NCBI RefSeq assembly: GCF_001194135.2
Contig: NC_068981.1
Span: forward strand, 52,423,494 to 52,487,493
Length of the DNA: 64,000 bases
Source: Octopus bimaculoides
Lineage: Eukaryota
Direction: 5' to 3'
Shown here: positions 11,106 through 21,200 of the stretch, piece after piece
How positions within the stretch are numbered: the first letter of the stretch is position 1
Layout of the letters: each line of letters begins with the position of its first letter
The notes under the pieces: model-generated
Database searches by the model: none
Told to the model about the DNA's origin: nothing
Seen by the model: the letters and a program-made list of their open reading frames with translations, nothing else
Made by a program: the position numbers and the translations under genes

Positions 11106-13685
11106 GAAAAGAGATTAAAAATCCAGGCAAATACTTTATAAGCATTTTGTAGGGATCAAACTTGGCTAAATAAATTGCTAAATTGTTCATTGTAATCCAC
11201 ATTGATTGTAAAATTACTTTCGGTTGTCTGTCTAATGAGTAAATCTGAAGTTTGAACAGTGAATAAATTTAGTATAGAAGATAAACAAAGAATGAAAAAT
11301 TATACATTCCTTAATTTGCTTATACACCTTTCAGATAGGCTGGCATTTCAAATTTCTGTGATACAGTAATCATCACGCATATTTACTGAGCTCATATTTG
11401 ATTGACTAAGTTTCTACAGAGATCAAGAACCAAATTGAATCGAAATTGAACCATACTCGATGACTGGTCACTGCACCAGTGGAGCACTAACAGCACTGTC
11501 GAGTGTGTTCATTGCCAGAGCAGCTGTCTGGCTTCCATGCTAGTGGCTCGTAAATAGCACCATTAGAGTGTAATCGTTACCAGCGTTGCCTTCTAGCACT
11601 TGTGCTGGTGGCACATTAGAAAATCATTCAAGCGAGGTCGTTGCCAGTGCCGCTGGACTGGCTCCCATGCAAGTGGCACATAAAAAAACACCTTTTGAGC
11701 ATGGCCGTTGCCAGTACTGTGTGACTGGCCCTCGTGCCGGTGGCACGTAAAAGCACCTACCACACTCGGAGTGGTTGGCGTTAGGAAGGGCATCCAGCTG
11801 TAGAAACTCTGCCAGATCAGATTGGAGCCTGGTGCAGTCTTCTGGCTTGCCAGTCCTCAGTCAAATCGTCCAACCCATGCTAGCATGAAAAGTGGACGTT
11901 AAACGATGATGATGATGATGAAGCTCTTGGTCTGCCCAGGGCTATAGTAGAAGACACTTGCCCAAGGTGCCATGCAGTGGAACTGAACCCAGAACCATGT
12001 GGTTGGGAAGCAAGCTTCTTACCACACAGCCACACATGGTGCAGGCATCGCTGTGTAGTAAGCTTGCTTTGCAACTACATGGTTCTAGGTTCAGTCCTAC
12101 AGCAAAGCACCTTGGATAAATCTCTCCTACTATAACTTCAGGCCAACCAAATCCTTGTGAGTAGATTTGGTAGATGGAAACTGAAAGGCCTACAAGATGG
12201 ATATATGTGTGTGTGTGTGTGTGTCCACCACCAGCACTAGGTTATGGTGTGTTTACACCCCCATAACCTAGTGGTTCGGCAAAAGCTGACAGAAACATTA
12301 GCAAGCCAGGCAAAATGCTTAGCAGTGTTTTGTCTGTCTTTACGTTCTGAGTTCTAATTCCACAAGGTCAACTTTGCCTTTCGTCCTTTCAGGGTCGATA
12401 AATTAAGTACCAGTTGTGTACTGGGGGCGATCTAATCGACTGGACCCCTCTCCCAAAATTTTGAGCCTTGTGCCTAGAGTAGAAAAGAATATATCCTGAA
12501 ATTAAAATATTCTATAATTTTTTTTTTTCGTCTTCTCTTCTCTGACTGTAGAAAGACTCATCTCTTGCTTCTGGGAAGATTATCGGTGCTTTGAAACTCA
12601 TTTACCGTGAAAAGGGATTTTTTGGGTAAGAAAGATCTTTATTTGGACAATAACTATAGTTGATACATTAGTTAATAAATGTCATATATAAGTGTAGGCA
12701 TGGCTGTATGGTTAAGAAGCTCGCTTTGCAACCACATGGTTTCAGGTTCATCCCCACTATGTGGCACCTTGAACAAGTCTCTTCTACTATAGCCCTGGGT
12801 TGACCAATGCATTGTGAGTGAATTTAGTAGACAAAAACTGTGGGGGGGGGGGCCTGTCAGATATATATATCCATGTGTATGTTTGTGCTCCACCACTGCT
12901 TGACAACCAGTGTTTGTTTATGTCTCCATAACTTAGTGGTTTGGTAAAAGAGACTGATGGGATAAGTACCAGACTTAAAGTAAATACTGGAGTTGATTTG
13001 TTTGACTAAAACCATCAAAGAGATGCCCCAGCATGGCTATAGCCCAGTGAATAGAACAAGTAAAAGATAAAAGATATAAATAGCTTTAGTCTTATTGTAT
13101 AGAAATTTTTAGGTTAGAAAATGTGATTGGAATTGATCACATGTTTTGCTTGTTAAACATGTATATTCTTCAGCAAGACTTAATATATTTTCATTAAAAC
13201 CCATCAGGATTAGAGAAAGGAAGAAACTAATGATAATTTCTTACATTGGTCAGAAATGGTTGGCTGACAATGTACTTGATTGAATCAACACCTGTACATA
13301 TCTGGTACTTTATCAGATGAATAACAGAAGTCAACTCCGTTTACCCATCACAACTGAATAAACTGGAGGAACATGAAATGACGTGCCTTGCTTAAGGATT
13401 TGAACTCACAATCATTTGATCACGAGTCAAACATTCTAACCATCAGGTCATATATATTTTCACAAGTTTAGAGAATATTTCAGCCTTATAAATAATCTTT
13501 TGTAAAAAAAAAAAATAATAAAGGCGCAGGAGTGGCTGTGTGGTAAGTAGCTTGCTTACCAACCACATGGTTCCGGGTTCATTCCCACTGCGTGGCACCT
13601 TGGGCAAGTGTCTTCTACTATAGCCTCGGGCCGACCAAAGCCTTGTGAGTGGATTTAGTAGATGCAAACTGAAAGAAGCTTGTCG

Positions 13686-13716
<31 letters not shown>

Positions 13717-14112
13717 TTGTCCCCCCAACATCGCTTGACAACCGATGGTGGTATATTTACATCCCTGTAACTTAGCGGTTCAGCAAAAGAGGCCGATAGA
13801 ATAAGTACTAGGCTTACAAAGAATAAGTCCTGGAGTCGATTTGCTCGACTAAAGGCGGTGCTCCAGCATGGCTGCAGTCAAATGACTAAAACAAGTAAAA
13901 GAGTAAAAAAGTAAATAAAAGAGAGAGAGAAAAGAAATTATCTGCTTTAGTTTGGATTGAAATATGTTTTCTTTTCATAAAACTTTTAAACTTTCTTTTG
14001 TAGCCTTTATTCTGGAATTGTGCCCCGTGTCATGTGGATTTCTGCTGGCGGTGCTATTTTTCTGGGAATTTATGATGAAGTTAAACATCTACTATCATTG
14101 GTTTTACATTAA
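1036..14112 (+). CDS. SLC25A26: Mitochondrial S-adenosylmethionine carrier (SAMC); spliced gene, 5'-incomplete
   Basis: join(1036..1192,2549..2658,3393..3497,4587..4679,5943..6012,9546..9610,12552..12625,14004..14112). All introns are GT-AG, phases chain correctly, 783 nt ending in TAA. The three carrier repeats carry Px[DE]xx[KR] motifs ([24 protein letters not shown]), and the sequence [18 protein letters not shown]...[21 protein letters not shown] is SAMC-like. The first short exon is not seen and is presumed upstream. Confidence 0.95.
1290..1960 (+). mobile_element. Old RTE-clade LINE 3' fragment
   Basis: Degenerate [36 protein letters not shown] and [13 protein letters not shown] thumb motifs. 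Confidence 0.75.
2549..2658 (+). CDS. SLC25A26: SLC25A26 exon 3 (110 nt)
   Basis: tttcag|CA...GTG|gtaagt; (A)[36 protein letters not shown]. Confidence 0.95.
3393..3497 (+). CDS. SLC25A26: SLC25A26 exon 4 (105 nt)
   Basis: acacag|ATG...GAA|gtaagt; [35 protein letters not shown]. Confidence 0.95.
4587..4679 (+). CDS. SLC25A26: SLC25A26 exon 5 (93 nt)
   Basis: ttgtag|GGT...AAG|gtagta; [31 protein letters not shown]. Confidence 0.95.
4732..5090 (-). mobile_element. SINE family C copy
   Basis: Colinear with 31438-31840. Confidence 0.72.
5150..5850 (+). mobile_element. RTE LINE ORF2 fragment (RT core to PHD-like finger)
   Basis: [28 protein letters not shown] and [11 protein letters not shown]; homologous to 17403-19205. 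Confidence 0.85.
5943..6012 (+). CDS. SLC25A26: SLC25A26 exon 6 (70 nt)
   Basis: tggcag|AGA...GCTG|gtaaga; [23 protein letters not shown](G). Confidence 0.92.
6225..6567 (+). mobile_element. RTE 3' UTR-only insertion
   Basis: 66-nt repeat units plus the conserved end GGAAGGGCATCCAGCTGTA...AACCCATG...GTTAAA(GAT)n. Confidence 0.8.
6602..7114. other. Assembly gap (513 N)
   Basis: N run flanked by (TA)n on both sides. Confidence 1.
7131..7360 (+). mobile_element. Possible Helitron-like 5' end between the two gaps
   Basis: Starts T-ACTAGCAGTATAGCTCGGCTTTGCCCGGG after (TA)n, resembling Helitron-type termini; the 3' end is lost in the gap. Confidence 0.35.
7402..8370. other. Assembly gap (969 N)
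   Basis: N run with (TA)n on the left. The SLC25A26 frame closes across it, so no coding exon needs to lie inside. Confidence 1.
8552..8760 (-). mobile_element. SINE family A, 3' half
   Basis: Reverse complement of 13720-13905. Confidence 0.85.
9301..9351 (+). ncRNA. Degenerate hammerhead-ribozyme-like motif (probably inactive)
   Basis: CTGATGA-GGT(N8)ACC-AAAAT-AT-GTC; G12 replaced by A. Confidence 0.4.
9546..9610 (+). CDS. SLC25A26: SLC25A26 exon 7 (65 nt)
   Basis: ctgtag|GA...AAG|gtatat; (G)[21 protein letters not shown]. Confidence 0.95.
9827..11070 (-). mobile_element. Near full-length defective mariner (DD34D) transposon
   Basis: TIRs TCAGGTTGGTGCAAAAGTTATGTCTGATTT and the reverse complement of AAATCAGACATTACTTTTGCACCAGCTTGA, with TA flanks. 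Frameshifted transposase with WVPHEL, MLNVWWD, HDNARPH and [16 protein letters not shown]. Confidence 0.93.
11440..11920 (+). mobile_element. RTE 3' UTR-only insertion (about 5 repeat units)
   Basis: Same conserved 3' end as 19050-19205. Confidence 0.8.
11927..12490. mobile_element. SINE cluster: inverted head (-), family A SINE (+), fused to family B SINE (+)
   Basis: Head on - at 11927-12033, head and body on + at 12038-12280, then a different SINE (GCTGACAGAAACATTAGC...GGGTCGATAAATTAAGTACCAG) at 12283-12490. Confidence 0.8.
12552..12625 (+). CDS. SLC25A26: SLC25A26 exon 8 (74 nt)
   Basis: ctgtag|AAA...TTTGG|gtaaga; [24 protein letters not shown](G). Confidence 0.92.
12692..13075 (+). mobile_element. 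SINE family A copy
   Basis: Colinear similarity to 13523-13910. Confidence 0.85.
13523..13910 (+). mobile_element. Full-length tRNA-derived SINE (family A; A-rich GTAAAAGA tail)
   Basis: A-box-like TGGCTGTGTGGT and B-box-like GGTTCATTCCC, conserved body, internal (TA)n(TG)n linker, tail ...CCAGCATGGCTGCAGTCAAATGACTAAAACAAGTAAAAGAG. Confidence 0.88.
14004..14112 (+). CDS. SLC25A26: SLC25A26 last coding exon (109 nt to TAA)
   Basis: ttgtag|C CTT...CAT TAA; [35 protein letters not shown]. Confidence 0.95.
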
Positions 14113-14208
14113 AATCAAAGAGAAATATTGTTGAATTTAATATTTTTAAAGAAGAGAACAGGTTTTATATTTTTTTAATTTCTTTATTTTTTAAAATTTT
14201 GTAAACGA

Positions 14209-14341
14209 AATAAAGAAAATTTTGATTTTTTTTTAAAACAAATTTAACAATTTTTATCATTATTTTATTTTGGCACAGAAGTTGTTGTTTTTTTTTTGTA
14301 AGTGGTTAACTCATTGATGATGAGTTCAATTCCACAATAAA
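14209..14341 (+). terminator. Candidate polyadenylation signals of SLC25A26
   Basis: AATAAA at 14209-14214 and 14336-14341, each followed by T/GT-rich sequence. Confidence 0.45.
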
Positions 14342-15085
14342 CGTTTTGCATTTTTTTGTGACACCTGGTTTTACATCTCGGACCCATTTCAGAAGTGATT
14401 TTTATATCATGTAGCATAATTTAAACATATAAATATACTTTCCCAAGAAACTATTTATGCCATCCATGCCTGCATGGAGAAAAAAATTTCTATTAAACTA
14501 TTAAAAGCTTCACCCTTATGTTTTTATTTTGTATTGTTCCAACCACCATGCAATAAAAATTAGAACCAGTATTTCAAGAATGGAGAGAAAGAATTTTATA
14601 CTTGCCTCAGTGAATACACTGTTTACACCAATCTGTCTTGATATTACCTTTTCACCCTGATCTAATTCAGTACATGAATCAGAATACAGTATTAACTTGG
14701 GCTAACCCATATCATTGATAATTTCTGATGTGACCCTCACTGGCAATCAACTTCTGTTTAGTTGGAGATGCTGTTCTTATTTTGGCTATTCTAGTTTCAT
14801 TCTCACACACATATAGCAATTAATGATAACAAACCGAGTAAAGTAATCATGAATATGAATAAAATGGGACTCACACAATAATATCACCATATCCCAGACC
14901 AAAATGAAGTGGTCATAACAAAGTTGTATGATTGCCATTTGATTTTGTACGCAAATATCATTAAGGAAAGAAAACAGAAACTGGATAGGCTAATGTAAAT
15001 TCTTTTTAAAGATCACAGGGCTAATAGAGGTAGTGAGCAACAGGAGTTAGCTTTGCTGAAAAATCAACAGCATTATGTCAGTTTA

Positions 15086-15229
15086 TCATTCATTGCTACA
15101 GCTTCGTTGTGCAGATGGTGGGGTATTTGATATAAAATGTTGAAGTTCTTCTAATTGTTCCCTCTGATTGCTGTCCAATTTCTCAAGACGATCTTTTAAT
15201 TGGTGAAGTTCTTTTCTGTGGCAATTGTC
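15086..15229 (-). CDS. CEP83: CEP83 last coding exon (144 nt to TGA)
   Basis: attcag|GAC AAT...GAA TGA; DNCHRKELHQLKDRLEKLDSNQREQLEELQHFISNTPPSAQRSCSNE*. Confidence 0.9.
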   Translation of the reverse strand, partial: DNCHRKELHQLKDRLEKLDSNQREQLEELQHFISNTPPSAQRSCSNE

Positions 15230-18200
15230 CTGAATATGCAATGATAGTAATTACAAAAGTTGTCAGGTAATATAATGATGTGGATAAAACAAATAAACTG
15301 AAATCTTGAATATGGAAAAAATATTTAGAAATTACTGAAAAACTTAATATGAATAGGTAGTATTGTTCATCTTCAGGTTCAACTTATCACACAGGAGAAG
15401 TTGATCAAACAGCTAGGTACAATCCACAAATCCCATTTCATATGCCAGGGCGTTGCCTCATGAAAGAACATATTGTGCACCCCATTATATGTGCATATTT
15501 GGGGCAGTTATCTTAATTACTGTTGCCACTGTACAGCCTGTTTTTGTATGAAAGTAGGTTCAGTTGGTGGCCACAGTTGGGACAGAGGAATTGCGTTTTG
15601 GTTGAAATGTGACAGTTGTTATTAATCCAGTGTGGTGGTGTTATGTATCCCCAGGTCGACCCTGATTTTGCAGTCCTGTGGCACATACGTTGTGAACTGA
15701 CAGATGAGACATGGCACAAATATACCTTCCTTATTATATCATGCCTTTATATATCTGTATGGGATGCAGTATGGCCGTCTGAACATATTGCACTCTCTTT
15801 TCACTGTCCAGCTTCTGTAAGTAACCACAATGAACTCGATCAAAATGTGATAGTTCCTCTGCACTGATATTGAACATCTTTGCAGAGTTTGGAGCTAATA
15901 AGGCTATTGATATACAACTTATTATGGGGTGAAGTGTGTTGTTTTATGTCCTTTGTAGCTTGTTAAGGTGATGTTGAGGGAGGTGGTGTTCCAAGCAGGA
16001 GTGGTAATATTTTATCTAAACAGATTATTCATATATTAGTGATGCTGTTTCTTTGTGTTGACTTTATGTTGGTACCTGTGAATGGTTTAATCCTTTTGAT
16101 ATCAACCTGCCCAAAACCTCCCTGGTTCTATGAAAGAAACGACACAAGCATCCTCCACTGGATGTATAATGTTAGTATGTATGAACAACAGAGCACAAAC
16201 AGAGAAAAATGATATAAGACGATCAGCGATAATGTGCTAGAGAGGTACATGATATATATGTTGGTTACATAAAGATGTGTCAAGTGGTTGAAACAGATGG
16301 AACCAGTAGAACGGGAAAATCTTAGAACTCACAGGATGATGTAGTGAAGGGTAATCTAAGAAGCTCAACCTCAAAAATGAGATGATAAAGAATTGTAACT
16401 AGTGGTGACACATAGTTGTGGAAAGATCTATCCACCTGAATAACCATAGCAAAATAGATATTGAAATAGTGATAATGATGGATGTTGAGATGTATTATAT
16501 CATCATTTGGGTTTCTTGCATATTATGTTCCTGTTAAGCCTTTATTTACAACCATCTCTACTTCTTTCTATCAATCACCAATCATTCTCTTACGCCACCT
16601 GTATAGCACGGCATGGCACTGGATCCATCCTTATTCAAAGCCCAGACCATTATGCTTTATAACTACATTTCTCCATCAGGTCACCTGTATTATAAGTGAT
16701 CACATCAAATTAATATATATTCAATCTTCCTACAGTCACTCTACTCAGTGGTTATCCATTATTCTTTCTCTCAAAAGTCAAAATACTTGTTAGGGTAAAG
16801 ATTATGAGAAATCTGTCAACCAATGCCACAATATGATTGTTAGTGTATTCAACTAAGAGAACCTAATCATAGATTGAATGAATGGAAAGAAATTCTAGAC
16901 CTAGAGGAAAACAATGATAACATTGGTGAAAGAGTTTTAAAATTGTAATTAAATACACCTTGTTAACAATTTTCAGATATATAAAATTTATTAACCCTTA
17001 CCTGTTCTTCAAAATTGCTATGAAAAGAATTGTTTGGAAGAATTGGGTTTAAAGGTCCTTTGTCTCCAACCACAGGAGCTGAGAAGACTAGACGACGAAA
17101 TTCATTATGACGATAAAGCAAGTCCTGGAGTTGAAGTTTCAGTTTCTTGTGTTCTTCGGGTGAAACCCAGTTTCTACAGGATGACCATGAAATTAATATG
17201 CGTTAATTTAGAACACTAAGATAGCACTTTTATATAAAATGGACTCTGTTAAACAGCAAATTTACTTCTCAATTTTTGCTATGGAAATACTTTCTTACAC
17301 TGAGGAATTATATCTTACTGCAATACCTTTTTACAGCCATTGAGAGTTGTAATCACATAAATTCAAAATTGTTTCAATTATTTCAGTTATTATTGTTTGA
17401 TTGACTGGTGTAGCAGCATCATAGTCAACTGCTACAAAGGTAGAAACCAACTAATTAGGGAGAGAGTCAGTTTAGACAAGAAGCAGTTTGGGTTTGTGCC
17501 AAGGAAAAGTACCACTGATGCTATATTTCTGGCAAGAGAAATACCTAGCCAAAAATAAGCCTCTGTACCTGGCTTTCATTGACATGGAGAAAGCCTTTGA
17601 CAGGGTCCCCCGATCTCTTATCTGGTGGTCAATGCAGAAACTAAGGATACATGAGTGGTTAGTAAGAGCTGTACAAGCCATGTACAGGAATGCAACAAAT
17701 ATAGTGAAGAGTTCCGGGTAGGGGTCCACTAAGGATCAATCCTTGGCCCCCCCCCTCTTATTCATCATAGTCCTCCAAGCAATAACAGAGGAATTAGGAT
17801 GCCCCTGGGAGCTTCTCTATGCTGAAGACCTTGCTCTAATACCTGAGTCACTATTAGAACTAGGAGAGAAGTTTCAGATGTGGAAGCAAGGTCTAGAATC
17901 AAAGGGCCTTAGAGCCAATCTAGCAAAAACCAAAATCTTAAAAAGTAGGAAGGCAGATAAATCACAAATCCCTTCAGGTAGATGGCCCTGCTCAATCTGT
18001 AGAAAAGACGTAGGTAGAAACTCCATAAGATGTACCCAGTGTAAGCTATGGACACACAAGAGGTGCAGCAATATCAAAGGAAGGCTAACTGGGAAGATAG
18101 TTTTTGTGTATGGCAAATGCTCAGGAGCAATAAACACTGAAAATGTACAGAAAACAGATTCTGTCACATTCCAGGGGGAAAAACTAGAAGTAGTTGATAG

Positions 18201-21200
18201 CTTCTGCTACCTAGGTGACCAAGTCAGTAGCGGGGATGGATGCTCTGAGAGTGTAGCTACTAGAATAAGAATAGCCTGGGCAAAGTTCAGAGAGCTCCTA
18301 CATCCTACAAAGGGCCTCTTGCTCAGAGTAAAAGGTAGACTGTATGACGCAGCAAACATCTGTGACTGCTGAAGACATGCGAAAGCTTGCAAGAAACGAA
18401 GCTAGTATGCTCCGCTAGATGTGTAATGTCAGTGTGCATACATGACAGAGTGTAAGCACCCTGAGAGAAAAGTTGGACATACGAAGCGTCAGATGTGGTG
18501 TGCAAGAGAGACGACTGCACTGGTATGGTCATGTATTGCATATGGATGAGAGCAGCTGTGTGAAAAAGTGTCACACCCTAGCAGTAGAGAGAACTTATGG
18601 AAGAGGCAGACCCAGGAAGACCTAGGATGAAGTGGTGAAGCATGACCTTTGAACGTTGGGCCTCATGGAGATGATGACAAGTGACCTAGACCTTTGGAGA
18701 TATGCTGTTCTTGAGGAGACCCAGCAATTTAAGTGAGACAGTAACTGTGGCCTATGCCAGTGCAGCATAACTGGCCCATTTAAGAGTACCCTTCAATCAC
18801 TGGGCAATAAATAGTGCTTGCAAAGACCTGTTGAGTCAAATGAAGTCATTATCGTGGCCGACGCCAGTACCGCCTGACTGGCACCTGTGCCAGTGGCACG
18901 TAAAAAGCACCATTGGAGCATGGTCGATGCCAGTGCTACCTGACTGGTCCTGTGCCGGTGACACATAAAAAGCACCATTCAAACATGGTTGATGCCAGTA
19001 CTGCCAGACTGGCCCTTGTGCTGGTGGCATGCAAAAAACACCCACTACACTCTTGGAGTGGTTGGCATTAGGAAGGGGATCCAGCTGTAGAAACTTTGCA
19101 AAATCAGATTGGAGCCTGGTATAGCCTTCTGGCTTGCGAGTCCTCAGTCAAACTGTCTAACCCATGCCAGCATGGAAAGTGGACGTTAAACAACAATGAT
19201 GATGATTATACAAACAGAATATGCTAAAGAAAGCTTAAGGAAAAACTACTAAAACAAATTTTCTTTGTTAAGGAATCTTAAAGTACAGGCATGGCTTTAT
19301 GTTAAGAATTTCACTTTGGAACCAATTTGACATCACTATGCAGCACTTTGGGAAAATTTTAGAGTGTGAGTGTGTCATGTGAGTGAAATTTGGTAGACAG
19401 AAATTCTGTTGAATCTGACACACACACACATATATATATATATATTGGGTTGGCAAGAAAGTAATTTCGATTTTTTAGTGTGAAATAAAGTCATTTTTTT
19501 TTTCATACAAAGAATGAACTTCAGTGGATTACATATTTCCCATTTTGTTCGATGACCTTTTGCCATCTTTCTGGCAACTTCATGATTCTGCGCACATAGA
19601 ACTTCTGGTTATTAGCCAAAAACTGAAGCAAGTGCTATTTCAGGTCATCATCATTATTGAAAGTTTTTACCATTCAAAGAATTGTGCAAACTTTGAAATA
19701 AATGGTAACCTGATGGTACAAGGTCAGGGCTATATGGTGGATGTGACATCACTTCCCAATGAAGCTCCAATAATTTTTTACAAGTTAGCAAAGATGTGTA
19801 TGGTCTAGTGTTGTCATGATGGAATATGATTCCTTTATGATTTGCCAATTCTGGCCATTTTTCTTTGATTGCTCCATCCAATTTCATTAGTTGTTGACAG
19901 TAAACATCTGAATTGATCATTTGGTTCCTTTGAAGCAGCTCAAAATACAAAACACCTTTGTAATCCCACCAAATTGACAGCACAATCTTTTTTTTTTATG
20001 CAATTTAGCTTTTGATGTGGTTTGTGCTGGTTCATTATGCTTGAACCATGATCATTTTCGATTGATGTTATTGTAGACAATCCATTTTTCATCACCAGTG
20101 ATGATTTGGTTAAAAAGAAGGTCAATTTCATTGCATTTGATATGCATATCGCAAATATTGATTTGTTGTGTTAAGTGAATCTCTTTCAATTTATCTGGAA
20201 CCCAAATACCAAGCTCCTTAATAAGTCCAAGACATTTTAAGTGATTTTTCAATTGTTGTATGTGATACATTTAACCTCTCTGCAATCTCTCACACAGTTA
20301 TATGACAATCAGATTCAATTATGGCTTTGATTTGGTCATCATCAACTTCAGTAGGTTGACCAGAACGTTGGTCATCTTTGAGTGAAAAATTTCCAGAATA
20401 GAATTTTTTAAAACCATGTGTGTTCTGTTAAGCACTCAACACCATAAACTTCACATATCTATTTTATGAACCTCAGCAGCTTTCTTGCCTTTAGGGAAAT
20501 AAAGAAGTAAAATATGGCAAAAATGTTCGTTTTTGCACTCAATGTTAAAATTGAAACTGAACTGACAGCTGTAAACAAAATTATGCACAATTTGTTTCTA
20601 AAGTAAGCTAAAAGTAACAGCTATCAAATGTCAGGAAAAAATCTTACCATTGACAAAACCATTCAAAAAAATTGTAACTATCTATTTGTGAAAAACGAAA
20701 TTACTTTCTTGCCAACCCAACATATATACAGGTGTAAATCAGTTATTGATCAAAAAACATTTTGTATTTAAGTATCAAGTTGTGACCCATCTATTCAATA
20801 AATAGTGATATAATCAATTTAAAACCATCAAAGTTAGTGCCCCAGTTTGGTCACAATCCAAAGATTGGAACAAGTAAAGGAATAAAAGAATCTCTCCTAG
20901 ACTGTCTTATATAGGAATATGCATCTTTTAAACTTAAAATTAATGAAAATGTTACTTACTCAAAGATTTTGCACATGGCATCCAATTCTTCAATTTTGAC
21001 ACTCTTTAATTCAAGCTTTTTCTTCAATGTCTGAATTGCTAGCAGGCTTTTCTTCTTATACTAAACATCCATACAATAATGAAAAAAATAGATATCAAAA
21101 TAACTCTTAAGTTACTAGTATAGAACAATTGTCAAGTCAAGATTGTGTCAGTAGGATTTCACCAAAAAATATCATAGCAAAAGAATGACAAATGATAACT

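Noticed and set aside
13523-13600. tRNA gene call for SINE heads
   Set aside because: A and B boxes are present, but there is no cloverleaf or anticodon arm I can support, and the heads run into a SINE body.
18863-19045. CRISPR-like appearance of the 66-nt repeat arrays (also 21500-21720 and 57662-57915)
   Set aside because: The units are contiguous tandem copies without unique spacers, sit in a LINE 3' UTR in a eukaryotic genome, and no cas genes are present.
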